A stretch of DNA of 58,459 bases, filler included, from Circinaria calcarea (taxonomy: Eukaryota): assembly GCA_051942165.1 (NCBI GenBank). It is 7 parts of 7 records of this genome, joined end to end, with 100 filler letters (N's around TTAATTAATTAA, not from the genome) between each part and the next. Parts side by side here need not be neighbours in the genome. Positions count along the whole stretch, not along the records: positions 25,126 to 33,393 come from JAVECS010001141.1; positions 33,494 to 41,761 come from JAVECS010001142.1; 5 more parts are not named here. The stretch is one strand, 5' to 3'. Both the position numbers and the translations under genes were made by a program. Of this stretch, positions 25,896 through 38,810 are shown in pieces. Within the stretch, counting starts at the first letter, position 1; each line of letters opens with the position of its first letter. The notes beneath the pieces were generated by a model. It was not told where the DNA came from. It searched no databases and saw only the letters and a program-made list of their open reading frames with translations.

Positions 25896-27576
25896 CGTCG
25901 CGGCAGAGACGCTTGGTCTGTAGCAGTTTTGGCTTCAGAGCAATAGATGCTCATACGTTGAGGGTACTGAAGTTGCTGATGTTTCGTGTGAAGGTTGGGC
26001 GCTTCGGGATCTTATGCCTCTGCACGGAGTGAGCAAGAAGCAGCCGGAGGAGTAGCACGGAAACGACAGGGACCTTTTCTGCAATCCATTGCCAACCCTT
26101 TCACTCCACACTTCATCAACATAGACCGCTTTGGTTACAACTCTTGATAGATATCAGAGTCAAAGAGCTCACAACCAGAGATCTTCTGCCATAAAAACTC
26201 CACCAGTAAACTTCAATTTCAATGTGTGGTTTTCCGCGTAACTAGCTCTTTTCATAAAGAAAACAAGTCATTAGCCTATTGATATTCAGTCAGTTGGACA
26301 TCTTTGATTAGACTCACTTAGAACCTAATTCTGTTGTAAAACTACACCAACATTCCTGCGTAGCGCCGCCAGTAGTCCCAATAGTCCAGTCCACCCCTCG
26401 AACTAGACCCGTAGCTACGTTCTTCTTGTTGGGCTTCCAGTGCAATCAGTGTCGCCAGTGACGTAGCATTTCGGTGCAGAGCGACTTTTCCCTGCAGCAA
26501 CCGCGTCAGCACAAGGATCCTGCAGGACTCCACACCTGATGGGATAGATAATGCAGCCTTATTGCCTCGTACTCTCAGCTGCCTATCTATTTTTGCCCTC
26601 TCCAACTCGTACTAGATGACAAGATTCAATAACGCTTGAATTACGTTCGTTGACTGCGCTATAGTAAACGTATTGGAAGCATAGTATTCCGGTAACGCCT
26701 ATTCTCGGTACAAGGACCTCAGGGACTTGCCAAAATCCAGGCTGCATACTGACTCCTTCTTTCAAACCCCACAAAATGCTCCCACAACTTTCAGGTACCC
26801 CAGGGATGTATGCCCTTCGCATATATAGGATAGGTGTTCCTCGCACTGATTCAGTTGCCGTTCCGTCGCGTATCGTTAGGACCAGGAAGAGAGGCCATCT
26901 GGAAGGCCATTTTGATGCGGCCACATTTCACGTCAAAGCCCCTCTCGAATCTGTCGTGTGAATGTCATCCGCCCTCCCCAATCCCGTAATCTTTCAATCT
27001 AGAACTTGAAACGTTGTCGGCTACTGACCCCGGTCACAAGGAAGCAACCTTAAGGACTTGCTTTACTTGGCCGTATTACGCGCGTGAACTGGAAGATGCT
27101 GTTATCTCAACGGCAAGGTTTTCCAAAATTTTCTGCTCCGCACGAATGGATAGTCTCAGTTTGTAGCCACGGGTCCATCCAGTCCTTGAGTCTAATGGAC
27201 AGGACTCCTCTCTTGGCATATCACATGATATATGTCAACTTGGAGGTTAACAGGACTGCCCCTAAAACGAGGTAACTGGCTATTAACCCAGAGACGTTTG
27301 TCTGGGCCAAGAGGGGAAATTAGGAGACTTGGTCCTGAAAGGACTGAAGAGCTGCTTCCTAGTACCTGGAAAGGGGACTCAACTGGTTTTGTACTACCTA
27401 AATAGAAATATATAAGGCAAGGAGGACTGCTCCGTACGGTCTTAGCACGAAAAAGAGATACCCAGTCTACTCGTTCCCAATCGTGCCATTTGCAAGATCC
27501 CCGACGGAGGTTTATTTGCTCAAGACAATCCAATCACCATATAAACTGCATCATCAGGAAAAGGTAGTAAAATAAG

Positions 27577-27976
27577 ATGGCCAGCAACAATGCATATTAT
27601 GAGAATAATGCCGCCGAAAACTAGTATATTAAGCTTTGAAATAACCTCACGTGTACGAGCTGACCGAAATGCTAGTTACCAAGCATCATATACCAAGCCC
27701 CAATCCCAATACGGCTCCAACAATGGCTCCAATTATGGCTCGCCAACAGCCAACAGAAAAGACCCAAGCAAAAGCACCGCGTCTTACCTTGATGAGCACA
27801 ATCTGAGGCGGATCCCAGCGGGGCAATCGCAGCTGCACGGCTATGTCCAGGACAAGCAGGCCTTTGAGCAGGTTGCGGTGGGAAGGGAAGGACATCGACC
27901 GGACATGAAGGGCATGGTCTGGGATATGGAAAGGAGGATTGATGGCCGGAGCAGTGGAGAGCCAAGGCGACATTGA
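27577..27976 (+). CDS. Small (~115 aa) hypothetical protein with N/Y/Q/S/G-rich N-terminus; exons 27577-27623 and 27676-27976
   Basis: ATG in good context (AAGATGG) and an upstream TATATAA (~27409). A 52-nt GTATAT…CTGAC…TAG intron joins MASNNAYYENNAAEN in frame to the 27590-27976 ORF. Confidence 0.65.
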
Positions 27977-28906
27977 AACGTGCCATACCATTTTCGCTTC
28001 TTCCATTTTTCTTCCTACCTTTTACCGGTGTCTGTTCTATTGTCGTATTGCTTTTAACATCTACTTTAGCGACCTTGATAAGTGAAGTCTTTAGCGTGCA
28101 TCTAAATTAGCTCCATACAGGGGCAAGGCGCCTAAGCGCTAAGGCTGGCATTTAAATCCCAGTGACGGTTCCCCTCTTTTTGCAACTTCACTCGAGAGAA
28201 TGTGTATTCTGTCAATAATATATATAAACACAGATGGCAAGTGCGGGTGATTCGATTGTCATCTCAAACACTCCGTACATCTGTATCATGCCTATTTGGT
28301 GCACGGTCAAGAATTGACCGGTCGACACCCCCACACCCTATCAGCAGCCAACAGAATGGCAGCCTGGCACACCCACTTGAGTCCTGGAAATGCTTCCGGT
28401 GTCTGCCTGTCATAAGGTGTGGACTTGATCCTTGTCAAGCTGAGCTCCCCCTCGAAAGAGCCTCTGCTTTTAAGCGCTCCTCAACAATGCACCTCGAAGG
28501 CACCTCGAGCAGCTTGGCCAGCCTCGCGCGTAGACAGCCTCCCGTCAGGCTACATTGGAAGGGCAGTGCAAACGGAATGGGCAGGAGAAGGGCGGCTGAG
28601 CTTTTTGCACAGCCTCTCGACGTTTTCAGATTCTGGATATATGATCTTAACGTCTTCCTTCACATCAATGCGCTCTCGCGAACCGATGTAATACCTCCCC
28701 GGGAGCCGGATACAATTCTGCCTTGCTGGGTAGAATGCTTCGGACACACCTACGTATGTGCCCCCTTCGAAGAGCCTCAGCTTGCAATATGCAGCCCGAC
28801 ATACTGGCGATAGAATTCAGATGCAGGACTGTGACGAGCTTTCACATCGAAGAAAAAGTTAGGGCCGTGGGATGTCACACACGGTGACCCAGGCGAACCG
28901 AGGGAA

Positions 28907-28942
28907 ACCAAGGACTACACCAAGGACTACATCAAGGACTAC
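28907..28942 (+). repeat. 3 x 12-bp tandem repeat A(C/T)CAAGGACTAC
   Basis: ACCAAGGACTAC ACCAAGGACTAC ATCAAGGACTAC read directly. Confidence 0.9.
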
Positions 28943-29591
28943 ATTATACCGTTGGACAAGCTCCACCAACTAAGGTCTATGCGACTAAGATAATTATATG
29001 TTGTGCTGGTACAATACGGTCGGCCCCGTCACCACGCCAAGCCCTACTTTGCAATCCCGGCCGGGGTAGAAGCCGTCTGCCCAAGTCCTACTGGTGAGCT
29101 TGTTGCATCTTCGTCCAACCCCCAGCTTCTTGCCTTCTTTGCCTGATCACCAAGGACTTACCGACGTGGTGAACAGCTCTCCGCCGACCCAATCGACTTT
29201 GCGGGAAGCCGGTGCACTCTCCCTCGGCTTCCTTTATCCCTCTTTCAACATGCATTCCCACACGAGCAAATCGATACCAATAACGCCAAGGCGTGCATCA
29301 TGGTACAAGTCCTTCAGGTGCTTTTCCTATTTTGGATGTATGTTATTGTCGGGGATCCTTGGCGTCTCTCACCGAAGTCGTGTGCTAGAGTCCTGCGTTG
29401 TACTTCATATCGTCTTCTCCCCTCGAGCCGTTCTGGCTCATTCCTGCTACTAGCAAAACACTGGTCTCTCCGAGGGTGTCAAAACACCATACCTTAGCAA
29501 CAATGCCATTGTTTTACAACTAATCTTTGATTGATTCCGCATCAAATTACTTCGGTGACTTTCTTACCACTTCACCCGCAGGTTACTCATT

Positions 29592-32511
29592 ATGGAGCAG
29601 ATTAACGACCGTAATATTATGAACCATCTATACGCATAGAGGCAGAAGACTTACTTTTTAGAGAAACTTCCTTATAGAGCCGATTCTGATCACTCCGGCG
29701 TCGCAGAAGCCCAAACCTTGCCAGATGGTACTTACCAAGGAGGCCCAAACCTTTGCTGCGCGTAAGTAACCCTTAATATTATGCCATCTTGTTCTTCTAA
29801 CTCTTACCTTTTCAGGCTCCAAAGCATCCGTTGCAGCTACCAGCAGTTTCCAATCTACGATAGCTTGCTCCAACTATCACATCGACTCCAATTTTTACAT
29901 TGGGTAGCGTATACTCGAGCGCTTGACGAGAATATCCCAATCCGAGAACGTCTCTCCTGTCCTCTACTCTGGTGCCGGTGCTCCTTCGACGAGCACGCCA
30001 AATTGATTGATCATATCGCAAACTGCTCGTACCTTCCCCAAGGAGAGTATTGGTGCACATATTGCTGTAGGGCCGAACGATTTGCGTCGTCGACGGCGGC
30101 TGAAGTCTCAACAAACAAATCAACTCGCAAGCTCTCTCGGAAGCATATATTGAATAAGGCCGTTCAGGTACTTCGGAGGCTCGGTTCAAAGGCTATGCAC
30201 AAGACGGACCATTCCATGCATCTATCATCGCCCACAGAGTCACGGTTTCAAACTGCCCAGGAACTTGATGGCAATTATTATATCGCAGAGCTCAGAGATC
30301 AACAGTATCAATATCCTATGGCGGAACTCACCGCTTGGACTTCTATTGAGCTACCAACCGTCCCAGAGGACGCGGCTCTTGCTGAGCTCCATGGCTCCTC
30401 TCCACAGTTTGAACTAGGAGAAGGCATGCCCGTTGCAGAGATGGCGTCTGTTGCGACTCCTGACACATCCATGCAAGTGCTCGATGTCGAGGCTTCAACG
30501 CCGGGTTCGATCTTATCGCCGGTTTCTCCGGCCAACCCAATGCCTGAATGGTTTGAGTATAGGGAATCAGACCTTATCAGCCCCGTATCGCCAGTTTCCG
30601 ACGAGCAAGGGTTACCGGCCAAGCTACCAGGCATGTCACCGGTTGTTTTCAGTCCCGAGGGTTATAGCAGACTTCCAGTGGACGAAGAGCCAATCTACGC
30701 TGAGATACAGGGCGTCAGTGAGCCGTCGCTGCCAATTCTTAGGGCTACCAGTGTTCCCTCGTCCTCTGTACACGATCTTCTACACGAAGCAGTTCACGAT
30801 TTAAGCAGTTACACTCCGACCCCCTCACTATCGACTCCCGACTCTCTTGTGGGAGACCTACTTGAGGTGTTTCGAGTTCAACTTGCAGAATCTATCCAGA
30901 AAATGCGCGAACCTCCAATGTCAGAGTCCGCAAGCTCGCTAGTCAACGCCATCGCTGGTTGCTCTGCTGAAACCTACTTGGAATCCGGACTTCTAGCTTT
31001 TCGCAAATTGGTGCAAGGCAGTCTCGACGTCGAGCCCTGGGATGTATTGGGTTTCTCATTTCTAGTCGTGGCTATTACCACTATACTCGACCGAGACGAT
31101 CTCCTTGACTCTGTCTATGTCGACATGTTATGGCAATGTCATGCTACCACGGCCGGCTCTCATAAGTTCATGGTCATGAGACTTCTTGAAGAACTCTGGT
31201 CTCCCAGTAATTCGTCAAGTCTCTTACGAGAACAAAGTCAGAGGTTCTGCCGAGTGACTCAGCCCGGCAATCATTCCGTATCTCTTGACTCTGGTACTGT
31301 TGGAGTGAATGCCTTGCCAGGCGGCTATCGAAGTGGTGTTTCCATGCATTTGTGTCTGCAGTACTTTAATAGTGAGTTGGGTTTACAATTTTGCGGAAAT
31401 TAGCAAATAACTGATTGTCTCCATCTAGGTATCAAAAACTCATCACTGTATTCTAATAACTTCGATCCCTGGCATCTACGGCATCCACAGCATCCCAACC
31501 AACGCTCACCTTCAATGGCCGAATTTGCTTGGGTTATTACAAATCATGTGATGGGACCACTCCGCGAGTACATAGGTCTTGAAGGGTTTTTACCGGTCGT
31601 CGATACAATCCAAGCTTCAGTAAATATTCAACAGCTGGTGGATCTCGATGATATTCAGATAGCTTTGATAAAGCTTGGCAGGGTATATCTTCCACCAAGC
31701 TAGCTCTGCATAATCTAACAAAAAACAGGCTCGCGCCAGGTCTAAACGTTTATTCGACACTTTTGTGCAACTCGTCGCCTGTTTATGTGATCGGGTATCC
31801 GCTTGGCTTGGGAACCCTTCAATCACTCGAGACCAGTACAACCTATTTATTGTTGATCAAACGATCACTAGTTTTCGTGCTCTTCAACAGAAGAGATATA
31901 CCTTGACGGCCAACGAAACACAGTGGCAGCGGGCTGCCGCATACACTACAGATCAATCACTACATGCAGCAGGCACGTCCAATATGTCTGCAAACGCTGA
32001 ATATGCCTATGCTATGCCATCTGCGTTGACTCCAGCCATCCCACCATATCCCTCCAATCTCTCCATTGAAGGCTTGAGTTTGGACTCTACTTCAAATCAG
32101 TGAGTAGAGCGGCACTCAGATAACTACAGAAACGAGTCATACTAACAAGCGTATCATAGGTCGAACAGGCGCGAGGGTAGCCTTCCCGACATTTCCAAAC
32201 TCACCATGGAGCCGCAGGGCAGTCAATCCAGCTTTGGTTCTTCATCTACAACAATACTCACGCCGTCCTCTACTCAAACGTCGCCTTTGTCTAACACCGA
32301 AGTTGGCACTCGTGTGTGCGATGAATGTGGTCAAACCTTTACAGGTCAAGTCGCATGGTTGTCTTCCAACCTCCAACGCCACAAGCGTAATTTACATACG
32401 GTGGCGACAATTCAGAAAAGGTATTATTGCTCCTTCAGAGGGTGTACAAAGAATTATGGTAGGAACGACAACCGCCTTGATCATGAGCGTAAGAGGCACG
32501 AGATGGTTTGA
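29592..32511 (+). CDS. Putative transcription factor: N-terminal Cys/His-rich domain plus two C-terminal C2H2 fingers; 6 exons (introns 29611-29661, 29762-29815, 31372-31428, 31683-31728, 32100-32159)
   Basis: GT-AG introns link the 29781, 31515, 31765 and 32206 ORFs in frame. C2H2 motifs CDECGQTF…LQRHKRNLH and CSFRGCTKNY…DHERKRH. N-terminal CPLLWC…F…LIDHIANC…YWCTYC. The two short 5' exons are the least certain part. Confidence 0.8.
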
Positions 32512-33254
32512 CGCCTTGTGATATCCAATATGAAGATATTGGGTGTCGAATCGCTAAGAGGAGGACTTGATGCTCTCAATTTGGATGCAGGAGATAAGAT
32601 GTGCTGGAACCCATCTGCTACCGTTCAACCTACATTTTCCTTCTTTCAAGGGGAGCTGTAGACCACCAATCTATCAATCAAGATGGACTCGTGTCTGAGA
32701 CATGTCTCACTTGTCTGTGCTGGGCTAGGTACCTACGCAGAGCCACTGGATGGAAGATACGGGTCTGGATGACTGCTACACGGGACTCATGATGGATGTT
32801 ATTGTAACGGCTGGGTATTTTTAACATGTTGCAGGTACTTGTGTAACTAGATGCCATATAGTAATAACAGCTAACGGCCCATAATTGTTCCCTGAGATAA
32901 TACATCGAATTTATACATAAAGTTTATAGACTTCCCTACCCCCAAGACCTCCGACAGTCCAGCCGGTGCAATATGTACTGTTAAGCTGTATAATCGGGTT
33001 CAGTGTGGGCTATCTGCACTCGAGGGACCGGACAGCATATTGCAACAAACATGCACTCGTACTATCTTGTATTACTGTACCAATGTAAAAAGAAGGTATT
33101 GCATTGCCTGCCGGCTTTGATTTCCCCCCTCCCACCTTCCAGCCTTCCTTTTAAGCCCCCGGGGAATTGGTGGGGAGGGGGTGTTTAATTCCAGCGTTTT
33201 TAAAACTCAGCGGTATGGAATTTTTAATACCAGCCTACTGCAAGCCACCAACAG

Positions 33255-33393
33255 CCTAGAATATAATTAGGAAAATCACGTCCTTAATAAAAATAATTAG
33301 AAAAATTAAGGCAGAATTTTATATATATTATATTTATAATAGAAATTATATAGGGCTTGAAAATTTATATTAAAATTATATTAAATTATATAT
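33255..33393. repeat. Very AT-rich, TpA-rich tract at contig end (probable RIP-decayed repeat)
   Basis: Abrupt switch to almost C/G-free sequence (e.g. ATATTAAAATTATATTAAATTATATAT) running into the gap. Confidence 0.5.
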
Positions 33394-33493
33394 NNNNNNN
33401 NNNNNNNNNNNNNNNNNNNNNNNNNNNNNNNNNNNNNTTAATTAATTAANNNNNNNNNNNNNNNNNNNNNNNNNNNNNNNNNNNNNNNNNNNN
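33394..33493. other. Artificial contig spacer
   Basis: N44-TTAATTAATTAA-N44. Confidence 0.98.
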
Positions 33494-36400
33494 GCGGAGT
33501 AGGGGGCAGACCCGGGGGACGTTGGTGATCCGCTGAAATTTGGCGATGTCGGAGAGTAGCTACCGACTGGGCTTGTCGGGCTATACATTGGCGACGTCGG
33601 GCTATAGCTTGCAGGTGAGGTAGGAGAAGTTGGAGAGTGTTGCTTGGCGGCCAAAGTACCGCCGAATTGCGGACTCGTTGGACTGTAGACTGGCGAGGTT
33701 GGACTGTAGCTGGGTGATGTTGGGCTGTAATTGGGAGACGTGGGGCTGTAGTTAGGCGAGGTTGGCGAGTAACTAGGTGAAGTTGGAGAGTAGGAAGGTG
33801 AAGTCGGTGAAATTCCGGCCTGGCCGTAAGCTGGTGAAGTCGGCGAATACCCAGGCGATGTCGGCGTGTATGCAGGGCTGGCGGGTGAAAATCCTGGAGA
33901 GGCTGCAAACCCAGGACTACTGATACTCATACCTGGGGATGTTGGCGAGTACCCCGGAGAGGTTGGTGAAAATCCTGGTGATGTAGGGCTCGTGTTAAAA
34001 GGGCTACTAGGCGAATAGCCACCTCCCGGGCTTCGAGCCGAGTAAGGACTGAGGCCCCCTCCATAGCCAGGAGCCTGGTACTCGGTAAACCCACCAGGAG
34101 TCTCCGATCCAGAATGGACGATAGGCGAGAACGCTGCACCGTAATCTGGTGACCCCAAATAACCGCCGTCGTGCATTGGGGAGCCACCATCGTAAGGTGT
34201 TGCTGCTCCATCGGCCATGATGGACCCTTTGATACCGATGCTTGGCATGATGCCCAGTCTTGCATTATCAGAAATCACAGTGTCAAGCATCTTCTGATCC
34301 AGGAATACATCCATCTCTCCGGTTCCGAGAGGAGCCAGCTGGCCCAGCATAACATTCTCGGAGACGCCCCGACAATCGTCAAGCTCACCAGAAGCAGCAG
34401 CGTCGAGCAGAATCTCTACGGTTTCTTCGAAGGAGCATCTCATTAGAGCCCCGGTATCCGCCTTGTTAATCCCGTGTCGCGTAATAGGCACAAGGTGACC
34501 TCGAGAGGTCATCACATCAACAAGGAGTGCCAGGTGACGATGATTGACATACGATCCGTCGAAGGCCAGGACTTGCGTCAGCTCTCGCATCAGCGCGGAT
34601 CGTGTAGCTTCTATGCCAAAAACCTCAAAAATCTCAACAAAAGAGTTGGAGTATGTTCGGGTACTATCAACACCGGGAATAGTAAGCACCGGGCCCAAAG
34701 ATGAGCCGCTAGTATCAAGGAACCATTCGAGGCATAAGGGGTCCTCTTTCTTCTCGATTATTGCACCATCCTCCCTTACTCGCATCTTGGTTCTTGTACT
34801 GAGAAATGCCCGCTCGATCCCCGGGACACCCCGCAGGGTGAGTGTGTCAAGCATATGATTCTCAAGTCGTTTCAACATCAAGTCCTCTTCGAGCTCATCG
34901 TCCTCATCTCCCTTGGGATCTTGGATCATTCGGATCCGTATCACTTGTTCATCTGCGTTGTTGTCGCTGAAGATGACAGCAAGGTCCTTCGAGTACTGCT
35001 CTTTGATCTTTGTCGCGACGTCTTGCACCGTTAATCCCTTGTCAAGGAGCTTACGACGTCCAAGGATGACACGAAGCAACCACCGAGATTGCCGCTGAGG
35101 GTCATCTCCGCCCTCGTCAGGTATGATGAAGTAAGAATCTACCATATCGAAATCCGCTTCAATCACCGTCGATTGAATCTCAGGATCGTAGTATATCTCA
35201 GTGGTCTCTGTAACCGATCGTAGGGTAGTGTGCTCAACAGCGCTTCGGAGCAGCTTCGCACTTTCTTGATTGCCAGTATTGCCACCCTCTTGGTATACAG
35301 TTAAAGCAGGCGTCTTAATATTCCTTGCACAGTTCAAGATTTCCTTCAATCGAGGGACACCAAGCGTTACGTTCTTAGACGACACACCTGCAAAATGAAA
35401 GGTATTGAGTGTCATTTGAGTCGCAGGCTCCCCTATAGATTGTGCAGCCAGGACTCCCACCATCTCTCCTGGGTTTACCGCAGCACGAGAAAACCGGCTT
35501 TCAATCTCACCCAGCACGTTTTGCAGAGCCAGCTTGTTGAGAGCATATTCACAAACGAGACGTTTGAATGCTAAACGAGATCGAAGATGTGCTTTGAAGA
35601 GTATGGTCGCATTGTGCTGACCTTCCTTGGATAGAGGGTCTTCACCCCGTACAACCACGAGCCGATCGAGCATTTCTCGAACTTGAGGAATTACCTCCGC
35701 GGGATGAAGATCACTCGGTGTCCCGTCTTTGATCTTGAAGGTGGTCTTTGCAGTGTCGAGAATCCGAAGCACATTGATCGGCAGTTGTAACTGCTCATTG
35801 TCGTCCTTCTTGTTAGTTCTTAAGAAGGCGCGAGCTGCTTTAAGCTGTTCCCATTCCTCGTCCAGATAGTTCTGGACCTTCACGTCTCCCGTTATCGCCT
35901 TGGCTTGTGCGAGAACATCCGCAGAAATGCCAGCCTTTGGATCCATCAAGTCAACGCGAAACTTCTTTTCGAACTGGGCATCCGAGCAGATAATGATATC
36001 AAGCCGTTGAGGCTCAATGTGAGCACCATCAAGACCATCCTCACCATATACGAACTGAACTATATCACCGAGTGAGTTACGTACTGTGCCGTCATACTTA
36101 GCCATGACATCCTCCATTGCCTTGACAAGACGTCGCTGGATATAGCCAGTCTCGGCCGTCTTGACTGCGGTATCGATCAAACCTTCACGACCAGCCATGG
36201 CATGGAAAAAGAACTCGGTAGGTGTCAAGCCACGTAGATATGAGTTCTCAACAAATCCCCTAGACTCGGGAGAATAGTCATCTTTGGTGAAATGGGGAAG
36301 CGTGCGATACTTAAAACCGAATGGAATACGCTTGCCTTCAACAGACTGCTGGCCTACGACCGCTGTCATCTGGGAAATATTGATAGATGAGCCCTTAGAT

Positions 36401-38810
36401 CCAGAGCGCGCCATCTGAATGGCGTTATTGAGGTCCTTGAGGTTGTCTTCCGTTGCCGTTCCTGCTTCATCACGAGCCGTATTGAGAGCTTTGGAAACCT
36501 TGCTCTCGAAAGTTTCCCTCACGTTCATGCCGGGCATAGGCTCCAGCTCGTTGTCCGTGGCACTCCGTGTCAGTTCTGCAACTTCATCCTTGCGCTTGTT
36601 CACGGCGTTTTCTATTGCTTGGATTGTGTCTCGATCTGGTATGGTGTCGCCAATTCCAATGCTGAACCCGTTGTGTAAAAGCCAGAAGTTGACAACCGTC
36701 TGAGCCCCGTTGAAGAAATTCATGGCAGCTTGCGGGCCTAGCTCGTTGTATATTATGTGGATGATGCCGCCGCTGCTGGCTCCCACGATTTTCTTATTGA
36801 GAAGCCCATACATTAGATCGCCATTGCTCACGTACAAGCCGTCGTCGTTGATGGGTGAGAGGTCTTCTTTCACTGCTCCCGTGCGAATCAAATTGAGGCC
36901 GTCCGGAATAACTAGACTGACGATTTGCTTGCCTGTCCATTTGGGGCTCGGTTTCAGAATTGCTGGTTGAGGAATGACCCCATCCCAGTCAGGGACCCAC
37001 AGAAGAATGTTCATGACTTGGTCCTTGGTTAAAAATACATCCCGGCGACACATTTTGTACACACCGCAAAGGGTGTCTTGTACGATCCCCATCAACGGTG
37101 AATTGCGCTGCGGTGAAACAATGTTTAGGGGTACCATACAAAGCTGACTGACTTCAGCCCGGGTTTCCTCACTCTGAGGGACATGCAAGTTCATCTCGTC
37201 ACCATCAAAATCAGCGTTATATGGTGATGTGACAGAAAGGTTTAGCCGGAATGTCGAATAAGGCATGACACGGACCCGGTGCCCCATCATTGACTCTTTG
37301 TGCAGAGATGGCTGACGGTTGAAGATGATAAAGTCACCATCGACAATATGTCTTTCAACCTTCCATCCGTACTGTAGCGAAATCTCTCCAGCGCGTTTGT
37401 GGTGCCGTAAATCGATTCTCTCACCCGAATCACGAATGACATATTTTGCACCGGGGTGATCGTTGGGCCCATTCTTTACTAGTTGATGAAGTTTATGGAT
37501 GTTGTATGGGGTGACTGTTTCGGGATAGGTCAAGGTTCTGGCGATACTCCTTGGAACTCCAACTTCGTCGAGAGAAAGATTCGGGTCCCCCGTAATGACT
37601 GTACGCGCAGAGAAGTCCACTCGTTTCCCCATTAGATTACCACGAAGCCTGCCTTCCTTGCCCTTCAGTCGAGCACGAATAGACTTGACTGGACGACCAG
37701 ATTTCTGCAGAGCTTGTGGAATCCCTGCTATGTCATTGTCCATGTACGTCGCCACATGATATTGGAGAAGCGCCTCGAACTCGCTAACGACATGTGCTGG
37801 AGATCCTTCGGTCTCACATCGTCGAACATTGCCGTTCGCACGAATTACGTCGCCCAGCTTATGTGTCAAGTCATCCTCACCTCGGCTACCTTGGCCGGTT
37901 CCATCCACAGATATACTAGGTCGGACTGGTGGTGGTGGCACTGGGAGTACAGAGATAATCATCCATTCTGGACGTGCATAATCATTGCTAAGGCCCATCT
38001 TTTTAATCTCTTCCGTAGAGATGTGTCGAAAGATGTTGAGGGCCATTTGCGGTGTTATTGGCTTCTTTTCCGGTTGTTGGCCTTCATTTTCCTCGTCTCC
38101 CTTTTGTGCCTTCCACGTGCCTGTAAAACCCAAAGGCTCTCTCCGCACTTCCGGTTGGATGTTTCCACAGCCTCCATGGTCATGTTTTGGTCCCTTGCTC
38201 TTATCCATGTCATCATCATCTGCTACCGGCATGCTCTCGCATACCATCTTAGGTTTACAAAGCCTCCATATCGCATCGAAACGTCTCTTGGGGTCTCGAT
38301 AACGCATAGCATCCGCCATTTGGGGATCGCTCTGCAAATCAGGAACATTAGCAAAGGTCCACAAGAGAAAATTGGCCATCCCAAATGGGATGACTAACTT
38401 CGTCTACTAGGATCTTGCCACAATTGTGACAAACAATCTCCAGCACCTTCTTGATCTTTGTCATGAAACCTGGATTAATATTAGTATAACTGCAAGTATG
38501 CCTATCGAGATATTGATGTCTTACCCGGATGATACACAGGTACTGCTAGCTCAATATGCCCAAAATGTCCTGGACACTCTGACATGTTCTCGTCGCAGGT
38601 CGCACATTTGAAAGCTCTGTCTATGGAACCCAGCTTAGGATCGTTGAGACCTAATTCCCTTGGACGCTGCTTTTGCTCATCCATTGTCTCAGGATATTCG
38701 ATATGAGCTACACTCATATTCTTTATCTCCTCTGGCGATAGAAGTCCAAACTGAATCTCCTGGATCGAACGCAAAGGCGCGCTGGAGTATTGAAAGTTAA
38801 GGTTCGCCAT
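33494..38810 (-). CDS. RPB1: DNA-directed RNA polymerase II largest subunit; exons 38810-38525, 38469-38399, 38331->33494 (truncated in the CTD)
   Basis: Catalytic [32 protein letters not shown], zinc-site CATC…ECPGHFGH and YSPTSPS heptad repeats. Confidence 0.99.

Noticed and set aside
28202..28813. 203-aa ORF
   Set aside because: Non-ATG start and no recognisable domain or splice support; probably spurious.
4124..32511. MFS transporter + P450 + Zn2Cys6 TF + methyltransferase as a secondary-metabolite cluster
   Set aside because: They lie on four different, artificially joined contigs, and no backbone enzyme is present.
37714..38397. 227-aa antisense ORF within RPB1, and other shadow ORFs opposite real genes
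   Set aside because: Explained by codon bias of the sense-strand gene.
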